Positions 37,445-49,076 of a DNA stretch of 64,000 nucleotides are shown here, one piece after another. The position numbers and the translations under genes are program-made. This stretch comes from Lytechinus pictus (Eukaryota), in NCBI RefSeq assembly GCF_037042905.1, contig NC_087258.1:5952001-6016000 (forward strand), read 5' to 3'. The notes beneath the pieces were generated by a model, which was not told the DNA's origin, made no database searches, and was given only the letters and a program-made list of their open reading frames with translations. The stretch's first letter is position 1; every line of letters begins with the position of its first letter.

Positions 37445-39250
37445 AATCAATGCAAGAATGAACAAGAGATGCGATCATGCGCAACTCACTAACGCAAGTC
37501 ACCATATACCCCAATCGATGCCTCATGTTCCAAAATAATAATAAACAAAAAACTTCATCGTGTCTCTCCTTTGGTATTTGTGCAACATTCCTCAAGCCTG
37601 TGGGCATACTGATGGTCTTGTTCTTTTCTCTAATTCTATAGGCCTAATTTGCGTAATGAATAAAGAAAAAAAAAAAAAATAAAATAAAATGCTTGCATAG
37701 CAAGCAGTGCAATACTTTGTGTTCCTAATCAATGCTTCAAGACAATAAACTTGTATTTCTTAATACATTTCAGGCTACCCTTTTATTTCAAATTCATCCT
37801 TGCATTAATTGGGAAAGAAGAAAAGGAAACACTTTGTTATTTCTTTTTTATATCCAAACAAATAGACACTTAAGCATACGCACTTCTGCTATTCAAGTAT
37901 CTAACACATTACAACAGGAAAGTTTCCCATCTTAAGGATTTGCACTCCTTTTCAAAATTATCCCTTTTTTTAATTCCACTGTACCATAGTACAAGAATGA
38001 CCAGATTGCATTATTCTGGCTTTGTGTTCCTAATCAATGCTTCAAGACAATAAACTTGCATTTCTTAATACATTTCAGGCTACCCTTTTATTTCAAATTC
38101 ATCCTTGCATTAATTGGGAAAGAAGAAAAGGAAACACTTTGTTATTTCTTTTTGATATCCAAACAAATAGACACTTAAGCATACATACTCCTGCTATTCA
38201 AGTATCTAACACATTACAACAGGAAAGTTTCCCATCTTAAGGATTTGCACTCCTTTTCAAAATTATCCCCTTTTTTTAATTCCACTGTACCATAGTACAA
38301 GAATGACCAGATTGCATTATTCTGGCTTTGCTTCTTTTTTGTAAGATACTCTCAAGAGTTATTTCTTTTCATCTACTGAATGTAATAAAGCAGTGAAAAT
38401 TCAAGGTGTTATTTGTTTATATAGATTCACTTTAGTTAACTTAATTCATAGAGGATGAAAACGAGAAGCGATCATGCGCAACTCACCATAACGTTAATGC
38501 TACGTTTTGTACACCAATCAATGCCTCGAACACTCCGAATTCCATCTTATGATTCTAATTATAAACAAAAACTTCATATTATCCCTCCTTGAATATGAGC
38601 CACATTCCCCGAGCCGAGCAAGCAATATTAATAATGTTGCACCTGTATAAATAGGCACTCCAATTCTATAGGCCTTAATTAAGTAATGTATGAAGAAAGA
38701 AATGCTTGTCTAACATTAAATACTTGTAACAATCAATACGATGTTTTACGTTCCTAATAATCAGTTCTTTAAACAATAAACTTTGCACTTCTTGGGTAAG
38801 ATATTTCGGGGTGTCCCCCATTCAAATGTTCCAGATTCATCCTTGCATTGATTGGGGAAAAAAGAAAAGGATACACTTGTTATTCCTTTTGATTTTGTAA
38901 TCTAACCAAATAGGCACTTGCAACTATTTTAACAAACATAATAGGTTTACATTTACAACAAGGAAATTTGCCCTTCTTAAGGATTAGCAACATTTTTCAA
39001 ACTTCTCTCTCCTCTCTCTTATTTTCACTACCACTGTATGCCTGATACAAAATGGCCGAATTGTGTAATTTCTATTTACCAATACTCTCAAGAAATATGT
39101 CCTTCTATTCTACTGGCTTTGAAAATAAGCATAAAAAAGTCAAAAGAGTTGCTCATTTGTATAAATTTACTATACTCTACTCAATCAATGCAAGGATGAA
39201 AAAGATGTGCAATCATGAGCCACTCCCCTTCGCAAGTCACTCTAATGCAT
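37445..39250. repeat. Diverged tandem repeat (unit about 700-740 bp, about 2 full copies plus the start of a third) containing a young 305-bp tandem duplication
   Basis: Anchor atcatgcgcaactcac/atcatgagccactc at about 37474, 38471 and 39212. Near-identical duplicated blocks at 37716-38020 and 38021-38330. Confidence 0.85.
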
Positions 39251-39354
39251 GCGATGTTTAATCAATACCTATAATTGTTAGTATCGATCAAGAAGGAAGT
39301 GTATTATTATCATTTCAAGGATTGTTTGGTTTATGACTCTCATTGACTTTATAT

Positions 39355-39522
39355 GTATTCCACAGACTAATGGTAACAGGTGACATTGTGATTAGTAGTA
39401 AGTTTTTAAGAGTACAACAATCACAGCCTCTTCCCCCTGATGTTCAAAGTATGCTAACAGATCCTCTCACCAAAGACATAATAGTTGGTGAGATAGTAGA
39501 GAGAGACTCTGATTCGGAATAA
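39355..39522 (+). pseudogene. C-terminal remnant (possible last exon) of a Transib transposase
   Basis: Translates VFHRLMVTGDIVISSKFLRVQQSQPLPPDVQSMLTDPLTKDIIVGEIVERDSDSE*. This fits the Transib C-terminal pattern as recalled (DV-x-x-RLL-x-x-SDP-x-ISS...PLP-x-E-V-x-x-LL plus an acidic tail). Possible splice acceptor ttccacag at 39365; AATAAA at 39708; about 600 bp from the right TIR. Confidence 0.72.
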
Positions 39523-40130
39523 CTTTGTATACGCCGTTCTTGGTGAAATAGGTATATAGGCCTTGTAGGACCTTGTACTGATTAACCTGCAGAGGACCCG
39601 GCCTCTATTATTTATCACTGGAATCATTATTTTAAAGATTTCACTGTCCACTTCTGGTATCAATCCATTTTAATTCATGTAGGTTTGGTTAATCATTGTA
39701 CCCAGGGAATAAAAATACTCCTTTTCATTTTTTTTTTTACAATTTCACTTTGAATTTTACAATTCCAGATTCATGGTAGGGCGCCCTCTTTAAGCGATAC
39801 TCAAGTCACCAATTGAATTATTTGTACCCCGAGCACAGACTTTTTTTGTTTGTTTGTGTGTTTGCTGTTTGCTAATATGCTTAATTATTGCTGAAATTTC
39901 TCTAAAAGTAGTTTCTGAAAATTTGAAACTTATTGTAGAATTAGGAACATGTAATTTCTTCTCAAATGTTAACAGCCAATCAGAAAACAGTATTTTAACG
40001 ACGTCATCAATATTTGAAAATACTTTTATTGAATTCTACGGGTGAAATTACCCCTATCTCCCAAATTTAATCGTACAAATGTGTGAATAATGGGTTTTGG
40101 CGCACTTTGGGTTCATTCTGGCCCACTGTG

Positions 40131-40205
40131 CGTCGGTCCTCGGGTTGCTTGCTTGCGAGCATTCATGCTTTCTTAGCAATCAGGTAAAAAAAATCACCAC
40201 CATAA
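40131..40205 (+). mobile_element. 3' half of the SINE interrupted by Transib
   Basis: cgtcggtcctcgggttgcttgc...agcaatcaggtaaaaaaaa continues ...ttaagccgtc from 30449. Confidence 0.75.
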
Positions 40206-40790
40206 AGCATTTTGATAAAAGTAGTGATAGTCTATACACAATGTAAATACAGAAGATTATACACTATACAACACAAAGTAATTATATATATTTTTCCAAC
40301 ACATCATGGCCAATGAATGCATCATAAGCATGATTAAAAGAAGAATAATTATAATAAGAGCAAATAGTTTTTAAAAACTTAGAACTCATTGGGATCTAAC
40401 AGCAGAGGTATGTAAACAAACTTCGCGAACCCACACTCACCCCCCCCCCCCAAAAAAAAACGCACACACTGCTCATATCCCTAACGGAGTATCTATTACT
40501 ATCTTGCCGATTTTACTTTTTAGACAACAAATCAACCACAAATTAATTCAGGCTAGCTTGCTTAAATGTATATATATATATTTTTAATAGTGAACTGTAC
40601 CCAAATCTAAGGCCCCTGAAAATATTGCTTCATTCCGCCTCTTTTTGGCATTAAACTGGATAAACATGATAAAAGTTGTCAGATAGCATGCTGATAATAT
40701 TGGCTTGTTGCAGCCGGCAGGTGGCAGCAGTATTTAATTCATATCCAGAGAGAATGATTGCACCGCATAATAATATGAATGTGTCCCTTT

Positions 40791-42157
40791 CACTGGCGTA
40801 AATCCCGGGGGGGGGCGGGATGGCCTGTACAAACACCCCCCCCCCCCCCACTTTTTACGAAATAAATGAAAAAAAAAATCACAAGAGATAATTGTTTTAT
40901 TGGTGAAAATTCTTCCTAAAATACCGCTTAACAAATGAAACAATATTATTGAATCATAAAATGCAAATAAAGAGCCAGTTCACCATTTCCAAACGAAATA
41001 CTTATGTCCTTATTATAACATTAAAGAGAAACCCCCGTTTCTCTCATTCATCAATGTTGGGGTCTTTGGGAAGGGAATAAGATGGAATGTCAAAAAAATG
41101 TGAATGTAATCTCTAATAAAACCATTAAACCATCGTGGGGTAAAAAAAAAAATAATATTGGAGGGGTATTTGCCATATGGACATACAGTGGCGTAATTAC
41201 GGGGGGCATGGGGGGCACATCCCCCCCCCCCCCCCATTGGCTGACCAAAAAAAAAACGGGGAAAGGGGCAAAAGGAGAAAAGAGGGAGAAAGGAAGAGAA
41301 ACGTAGTGGGAAAGAAGAAAATATTATTCATTATAATGTTATATTATAATTATGTTATGTTACATTACATAAGAAACATTTTTATCATATCTTTATGAAA
41401 CATAATTTGCCCAGGGCCTACGTCTTCATTGTTCCTGGTGCTCGCATTGTCTACTTAACGAGATATATAATCATGTTGTACTAAAACATCCCGTTTTCAA
41501 TTCAATACAAACCAAATATATTTCCTAGCACTTGAGTTATCATTATTTTATGTAGTGACATATGCTTCTTTTTCATGACTCAAAAAGTGATTGCCCCATG
41601 TTAAGGTCTTCGTATATATGAAAAATTTCCTGTCCGTGATTACGTTCGCATTAGTGGATTGGTGAGATATGTCTGCTCTTCATGAATTCCTCAAATCAGT
41701 CCTTAAAATGTCCCCTCCTCTGATCTGAATATTAAAAATGTTCAGCTCGCGCTTCGCGCTCACATTGTTTAGCGAGACAGGTACCTATCATGATTACACA
41801 AATTTGATTATAAATAATGTCACTTTTTAGGTGTGAATATTAAAAAAATTCAGCTCGCGCTTCGCACTCGCATTATTTGATCAGTGAGATACATATCCGT
41901 TTAATGACATTGTCCTTAAAATGTCTCTATTAGGTCAGTATAACTGGCAACTGAGCGCTCTTCGCGCGCTCACTAGAGCACTCACTCAGTGATTCAAAAT
42001 TTTGCTGGTGCCCCCCCCCCCCCAATACCGTGACCCACGGTACGCCACTATGGACATATCAATGACAATTCCTTGCATATCTAAAAACATGATTGCCAAA
42101 AAAATGCCATAATATTTCAGTCATCCCCCCACCCATCAACACGGATTTACGCCAGTG
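40791..42157. mobile_element. hAT-type MITE with 8-bp TSD GTCCCTTT
   Basis: GTCCCTTT|cactggcgtaaatcc ... ggatttacgccagtg|GTCCCTTT. Confidence 0.9.
41186..42050. mobile_element. hAT-type MITE with 8-bp TSD TGGACATA, nested in the previous element
   Basis: TGGACATA|cagtggcgta ... tacgccacta|TGGACATA. Shares the cagctcgcgcttcgcgctc internal repeats with 18249-19291. Confidence 0.9.
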
Positions 42158-42774
42158 GTCCCTTTTGATTTCACTTCTGAAGATTTCGTTGATCTAAAAT
42201 GCTTGAAATGAGACGTTACATAATGAGAGCAGACAAGGAAGAAAAAAATTATTCCATTATATGTATGAAAAAATGGCATTGCAGAGAATACTGACTTGTG
42301 ATCATCATACTATTCATGTGCATACTGGAAGGGTGTAATTGAATATTGGCATGATTTTTTTTTCAGTTTTGTCTTGATTAGTATTTTAGACAAAAAATAT
42401 CCAAATACAACCTATCCTCCCCGTCCGAAAAATAAAAATTACATAAATAAACAAATGATACAAACGCAGATAACATAATGAAGAAAAAGAGTGAGGAAAA
42501 GAAAGATTTCAAAAACGAAAAATAATGTAAAAAGCAAATTTTACCAAATCTGAAGTATACATTGCCATGTTTGCAAATTGCAAAGGTAAAACTTGCTTTT
42601 GCTTTTTCATACAGACAAGTGTGAGTTGAAAATTGAAATATTTACTATTTTGAGGAATGGATTCATATGATCTAGACCCTTAATAAAAGCACGCTTCTCT
42701 TCTGTTATACCATATTAAAAATATGTACATATTAATTTTATTATGATTATTTCATTATTATGTATTTGTTTGGC

Positions 42775-42946
42775 GTAACCTGTGACTGGAAGACGAAAAG
42801 CGAACTGAATCCCCATGACCAGCAGGTCTCTCCTCCCACTTATTGGGGGAGTGCAGGTGGATCACTTTAGTCATCCGCCAGGGGTGGACTCGGACCCACA
42901 ACCTTTGGTTCGACAGGCAAACGCCTTATTACCAACTAAGCCAACT
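42775..42946 (-). mobile_element. tRNA-derived SINE
   Basis: Minus strand reads ttggcttagttggtaataaggcg...ggttgtgggtccgagtccacc (A- and B-box), then a non-tRNA body. Confidence 0.65.
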
Positions 42947-44224
42947 TCGCTCTTTTACTAAGTGAGTTGTCACTAAATGAAAAATAAATGTTTTGGCTAT
43001 GAAAGTATGAAAGTGAATAGTCAAAAGCATAAAAACGCATTCAGTAGACTTTTTCAACACAGAATTGGGAATGACATAAACCCATGCTTGATTTAATATG
43101 CCAAGATATCTCTCGAGTACGCTACCTGATAGATTTCTAAGAATATGCGATCGTGACGGTGCCCTGGGAATGATTTTTTAACAGGTGGTGCTGGTTGGTA
43201 AAAAAAATAATAAAAAGATTGACAAGCAAAAAAACACACAAAAGAATTAGCACACCAACCTGATTTCAAGGGGTGCTGCTTATGGTGTATAGCACATGTC
43301 AGAACCCTTGCTTCCCAGAGCCATGGATCGACATAGATTTTGACATTATATACAGAAAATGATTTCACATTTCGCCCATTTACCTTTTTTTCTCCTTTTT
43401 TTCTTCTTTGTCATGTAAATTAATGGGTCCATGCTCCCCTATTGTATTCACAATCGCGCTATGTGATTAGTCAAAAAATGGAATGATAAGCTCCTTTTAT
43501 TTTTCCTATCAGTTACTTTCCTTTTTTCCCCCTTTTTCTTTTTTTTTCTTGGTCATTGCATTGTTGGGATTCATTCACACCCTCCCATTTTATTCGTCAT
43601 TGCTCAAGTTCAAGTTTGTTCAATTTTTCAAACAGGAAATGCCTTACAAAGTTTGTCAAAAAGAAATTTAACATAGTTATGACCTAGTTTTGGGACCCCA
43701 TAATAGCAGAGCATGTGAAAGGGGGTGCCTAAAAGGAACGAAACAAAACGAAGTAAGTAATATGGAATATTGTTACAAGAATGTTATTGATGAACAAATA
43801 CATACATGTATTTACAATGATAAACTAGAGAGTAAATATGGAAGGAAATAAAAACAATCCGTTCACAATCTCATAAACGCACACACCCTTCCTCACACCC
43901 AAACGCACCCTCACTCACACAAGCATACACACACCGTCTCTATAACACGCCCTCCTACCAACAAACTTTTTAAACAACACTCCATACGCTCCACACACAC
44001 CCACACACACACAGCCAGGCCCTGCTTACTCTAACATGCACTGCTCATGAGCACAAGTTGCATACACTGAAAAAAACTATGTCAATGTACGGAGCCCCTG
44101 CGATGATACGACTTTTGATATAAGTCGAGGGGACGAGTGATAAGACGTGAAAACAAGTTAGGTTTAAAAAAAAACATGTCATGTTACCTTTAAATTCTGG
44201 ATAGATAAATAGATGGTAAATTGC

Positions 44225-44550
44225 TAATTCGTCCACTCACCACATGGTCTACCTTCATTTAGTCTAATGCCATTCCGTCCATTAACATTTTGTCTAACAA
44301 CCATTTAGTCCAATCATCACTTCGTCTAATTGCCAGTTCGTCTATTACCATTTCGTCTAATAACCAGTAGGTCTAATACCCACTTTCTTTTAATTCATTT
44401 TGCACAATTAACACTTTAGTCTGATAAGACCAAATGGTATATGGACTAAATGGCTATTGGGCCGATTGGTTATTAAACGGAATGGCATTAGACTAAATGA
44501 AAGTAGACCATGTGGTGAGTGGACGAACTGATGGTAGACCAAATGATAGT
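44225..44550. mobile_element. MITE with long TIRs and tcgtctaat/attagac micro-repeats
   Basis: ttcgtccactcaccacatggtctac...tttagtctaatgccattccgt / acggaatggcattagactaaatg...gtagaccatgtggtgagtggacgaa. A related decayed copy lies at about 29400-29680. Confidence 0.75.
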
Positions 44551-44569
44551 AGAGGTTCACTTTCAAGTG

Positions 44570-44990
44570 AGAACCCATAATATGGTATACCGCAAGGGTC
44601 AATTATCGGGCCTCAGTTGTTTACGTACTATACATCGGTTATATTGGGAACATCATCAGTCGGCACTCAATTCTGTATTGTGTTTATGCCGAAGACATTC
44701 AGATGTTCAACATTTTTTATGCTAGCAAGCGTGGAGATACAGCCTGTAATGAAAATGACTGAACATGTAACATACTTGTGTCGTACTCTAAACTGGCAAA
44801 TATACAATCTCAACCGCATCAGAAGTTTATGGGATATAATGTTGTTAGGGCACGTGTGCTCTCTAGGCTTGACTATGGTGGGTGCTTGCTTGGGGTATCA
44901 GTATAGATCTAGGTATACTTCAACGTCTTCAGAACAAACATGCACGACCCACAATACAAATAACTCGTAATAATCTTCAGTTAAGTACAT
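44570..44990 (+). mobile_element. Decayed L2/CR1-type RT fragment
   Basis: ggtataccgcaagggtcaattatcgggcct translates GIPQGSIIGP; tatgccgaagac translates YAED (YADD-like). Confidence 0.65.
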
Positions 44991-45791
44991 CGATATGAAA
45001 AATAGGCAGACCTGGGGGCCGTTTCATAAAGCTGTTCGTAAGTTAAGAGCGACTCTAAGAACGACTGGTGATCCTTTCTTTAGGTAAATGGTATACATGG
45101 TATACACCATAGGCGATGGTTTAGCGCATAAGAAAGGATTCTACTTTCATCTCCGAGATAGGCTGCAGAGCCCTTTGAAGATTATAGCAGATGATGATGA
45201 TGATGGCTAGTAATTGCTAATGACAAAGATAATGTTCATAATTACGACAATGATTTTCATCCCCAATATGCTAACATCTTGCCAGAATGTGAAAGAAGCA
45301 ATTGCCCCCCACACCGATATATTGCAACCCTCACCTTTACTCTACAATCGTTATCTTTTGTGACTTAATAATTAACTGATAATGTGGGTATAGATTATCA
45401 TCAGAACATTGTTATCAAATTAAAAATGTAGTCATAATCACTGACGACAAAGAAAAGTTAACGGCAACTTCCGAATGCTAAATGGACTGGTGCTTGGTAT
45501 CAGGCAGGCATATTGTCATCTGGATTAAAAAGATGCTTCTTTTTTCGTATTCGGTATTCTCTCATTCAAGAACATCATTGTCAGATTAGCTAGGGAATAC
45601 ATTGTTAAATCAATGATATATTATAATTGAACTCTCTCCTGAACATGAAGCTTTGAAAGACTAGACTATTCAACGAAACGCATATCATTTTCAGAGTGAT
45701 TCGCGGAATTACCAGGATAACCTCCAAATCTGTGGAATTAAGGATATACCTGGCAAGATCCTAGTGTAATCGATCGACGCTTATTCTGACA

Positions 45792-45876
45792 ATGGGATTA
45801 ATGAGAGAACAGTTTACTTTCACATTGTTATTCATATTATTTGCTATTGGATGTATCACGCATAATGTAAACGGTG
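45792..45876 (+). CDS. Exon 1 (signal peptide) of a Sushi/CCP-domain protein
   Basis: MGLMREQFTFTLLFILFAIGCITHNVNG plus G|gtaagt. Hydrophobic core, and a phase-1 donor compatible with the downstream exons. Confidence 0.75.
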
Positions 45877-46587
45877 GTAAGTTGTGAGATTGTTACATGT
45901 TATATCCCCCACAACCAACAATCTACTAATGATACAATTTAGGAGGGTTAAAGAAAGAAAAGAATAAAAAGGCGGAATGATTTCGGTGTATCAATAAAAT
46001 CCTTTATGTTTGGAAAAAACAACTACTTTTCAAAATATCGAGGAGATTCGCCATATATTTTTCGATGTTCTAAAGTCTTATCTACCAGATGACACCGAAA
46101 TGTTTTGGGGTTTTTTTCATGCATTACTGGACACTGACCTCTTGTACAGGGGGTCGAAAAATGGCTTTCGTGAAACTGAAGGAAATGGGCATAGTGATAA
46201 TCGGTCCATTTTAGGGTTATCTCAATCGATTGACTTGGGCTTTAATCATGCAGGACCATAGAAACAATAGGAACAATGATGGTATGTAATTATGTAACTT
46301 AAAGATTAAGTCCAACCCAACAAAAAAAGGTGACTTGAATAAAATCAGAAAAATACAGCAAGCACAACACCGAAAATTTCATCAAAGTCGGATATAAAAT
46401 AAGAAAGGTAGTATATTTTAAAGTTTCGATTATTTTTCACAAAATAGTTATAATCACATCTCAGTGATCTGCAATACGAGAGTCTTTCCCTCTCTATCTC
46501 CCCATCATTAAACCTCGAGGCCAAGGCATTGGAACCCACGACAAGGAAAAAGCGGAAAAACTTCAAAGCCAAAACATTATTTTTAAA

Positions 46588-46850
46588 CGGTGTATGGCTC
46601 AGTTGGTAGAGCGTGCGTCTAAAAACCGGGAGGTCGGGAGTTCAAACCCTTGCCGCGTCAGACCAAAAGACGTTAAAGATGGGAGTTGCTGCAACCCTGT
46701 TTGGCGTCCAACAATTTAAGCGAAGAGCTATGTCGATCTGGCGCTGCAAAGTGGCTGCCGGGCCCACGATCATTTAGGCAAATAGAATTTTCAGAGTATT
46801 TCTATTTTCAGATTTGATTTCGAACAATAACATATTAATTTTCATTTTAA
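46588..46850 (+). mobile_element. tRNA-derived SINE (another family)
   Basis: tggctcagttggtagagcg...ggtcgggagttcaaaccc head, then a cagaccaaaagacgttaaagatggg body and an AT-rich tail. Confidence 0.85.
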
Positions 46851-47513
46851 TTTTTCATTATACAAGAAATTAGAAGCACTGCGCAACTGATGCACAAATC
46901 ACAGAATTTAACATTCATTGTGATGTATATTCTTAAGTCAAAGAAGAGTACAATCTTTGTCATTTCTGTGTGCTAATGTTAATAGTTAAACTTAGCTATT
47001 GGAACAAACAAAATAGTATGAAAAGGAGTATGTAAGTGAATGGCAGCTTTTTCGTTTTCGCCTGTGAAGCTTAGCACTTAAGCCAATACCATTAACCATC
47101 CAAAATAAGCTAAATATCAGAAATAATGCCAAGAAGAATATGAATATGCGCTGGAAATGTGCTGGATTTTTAAGGCTTTCAATTCTGAAGGCCAAAGCAC
47201 AAACATCCAAGGCCAGTACATAGTCAAGATGCGCCTCAATGCCAAGCCATAAGATAAAGGCACTACAATACTGATTGATCGAATTTGAATTTTATCGCAT
47301 AATACAATTTGCATATACTTCCAATTAATTGAAATAAAAACATAACGTGAAAAAAGGTATTCAAATATAACATGATGTGAGCAAACACAATACAATATAA
47401 TGAAACATTGATATGTTTATCTACTTATCAAACAAAATCTGAAATTTTCTCTATTGTATAGACGAAGACGTGTAGGAATAAAATGAAATTAAATGAAAGT
47501 ATCATGTCCTTTA

Positions 47514-48302
47514 TACGGATCCTTTAAAATGCCATCAACTTGACGAGATGGCGAGATACCATATATTGCCATGTCGACTTAATAGCCTGATTATGTCAAA
47601 ATGGCGAGATACATTACACTGCCGGGTATCCATTCACCTCACCTGGGTTGAGTGCAGCACAATGTGGATGAATTTCTTGCTGAAGGAAATTACGCCATGG
47701 CTGGGATTCGAACCCACGACCCTTTCAAAGTCAGAAGACTAATCCACTGGGCCACAACGCTCCACATTATTCACAACTTATCAATCCTGTATGAATTGCC
47801 GTCGTGGAATTATACTTTCTGCATGATAATCTAGACCAAATTCCAAACTGTCTTTTATATTGTCGGTAGCTAATTTGAGCGAGAGCTTGTATTTCATTTT
47901 ATATATTTTTGCAAATAAATAAACGTTAAATATCTGGAGCCGGTCAAGTCAGGAAGCATACGCAGTTCTTCCCATGAAAGTATATCAAAAAATATACGGA
48001 GCTGAAAGAAAACTACTGTCGCTATTTGCAACGATGTGTTTTCCTATTGAAATTATACTTTGACACATGATCACGAATTGACCAATCGTTTATCTAGAAT
48101 ACTCATGAATATTCATATAGAGGGTTATAAAACGTTTTATAAGTCGAATTGGCAAGATATATCTGGGCATGTCAACATGCAAGTTCGCCATGTCGACTTG
48201 CCAAGATAACGTATCTCGCGATGTCGAAATACTTAGGCTGTTCAGTCGACATGTTAAGACAAAGCATAACGCCATGTCGCCTGGCACTTTAAAGGCTCCG
48301 TA
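47514..48302. mobile_element. Non-autonomous TIR element with a nested partial family-A SINE (about 47620-47765, minus strand)
   Basis: tacggatcctttaaaatgcca / tggcactttaaaggctccgta, with subterminal gccatgtcgac repeats. Confidence 0.7.
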
Positions 48303-48605
48303 CTTTTTTTTCGAGATTTACAAGCCATAGGGCCTACTTAATAGTTTATTCATATTTGATCACAGCTTGAATGGGAGGTGTTTTAATTAATTAAAAAGTC
48401 ACCTTGTAATGATGCTTATCTCAAATTTCGATCGAATATAAGTATTTTATACCAAAGTACTTTTTGAACGTTCATATTGTAGTAAAAAGCACGATTCACT
48501 TCAGTTGGTGAATAATGGTGTAAATCATTCATTCATGTTTCTACTTTGGTATTGCAGAGCATTATGGCTTCTTATAAACCTACATACAAAGACTTGACCT
48601 TCATC

Positions 48606-48781
48606 CAGGGGTGTGAGTGGTCACAAATAAAAAGATCTAAAAAAAGCTGAAGAGTGTTGAAAAAGTCTGAAATAGAAAGAGCTCCCATACTTTTTGTACA
48701 GAGGAAGGCCAAAAATAAGCTGAAATTAAGCTGGGAAAAAAAATCTGAAATCAGATAAAAATCTGAACTCTCACGCCCCTG
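48606..48781. mobile_element. Short hAT-type MITE with 8-bp TSD CCTTCATC
   Basis: CCTTCATC|caggggtgtgag ... ctcacgcccctg|CCTTCATC. Confidence 0.85.
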
Positions 48782-48887
48782 CCTTCATCTGAACGTTGCT
48801 TAAACTCGAACGTATAAAATATCAAATATGTACGCTTCTTTTACTTGTCTATAGTAAAATGCTGTTTCCATCCAACATCTCTATTAG

Positions 48888-49076
48888 TTTGCTACAGACC
48901 AGTTTTCACCAACCCCTACGCAATCGCAGTAGAACCCGACAAAGATGTATATGCGGATTTCGACCGAGTTGAGCTCGGCTGCGAGGAAGGACACACGCCA
49001 TATGGTCTCCCTGACAACGTATATTGCTCTTCCAGAACTGGCTGGGACCCAGACCCTTCGACGGGTCTATGCTTTG
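48888..49076 (+). CDS. Exon 2: Sushi/CCP domain 1
   Basis: ctattag|...|gtaagc, 189 nt, phase 1-1. VCYRP...YADFDRVELGCEEGH...YCSSRTGWDPDPSTGLCF shows the CCP pattern of four Cys plus Trp. Confidence 0.9.

Larger units (their letters stand above)
30450..40130 (+). mobile_element. Transib (RAG1-related) DNA transposon, internally deleted and carrying nested insertions
   Basis: Imperfect TIRs of about 37 bp: CACAGTGGGCCAGGAGAGAGCAAAAGTGCGCCAAAAC, and at the right end (reverse complement) CACAGTGGGCCAGAATGAACCCAAAGTGCGCCAAAAC. 5-bp TSD CGTCA/CGTCG. Splits a SINE. Transposase-like C-terminus at 39355-39522. Confidence 0.88.

Noticed and set aside
31540-39350. Target-site duplication for the L1/Tx1 insertion
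   Set aside because: No second copy of the sequence before the poly(T) (ctcattctaaatttgc) was found, so the LINE 5' boundary remains undefined.
39454-39663. Minus-strand 69-aa ORF convergent with the transposase remnant, considered as a RAG2-like gene
   Set aside because: No kelch or PHD features, non-ATG start, and it overlaps the transposase tail. Most likely a shadow ORF.
46588-46660. tRNA genes here and at 17770-17844, 42880-42946 and 51745-51820
   Set aside because: No proper acceptor stem or terminator; each continues into a SINE body.
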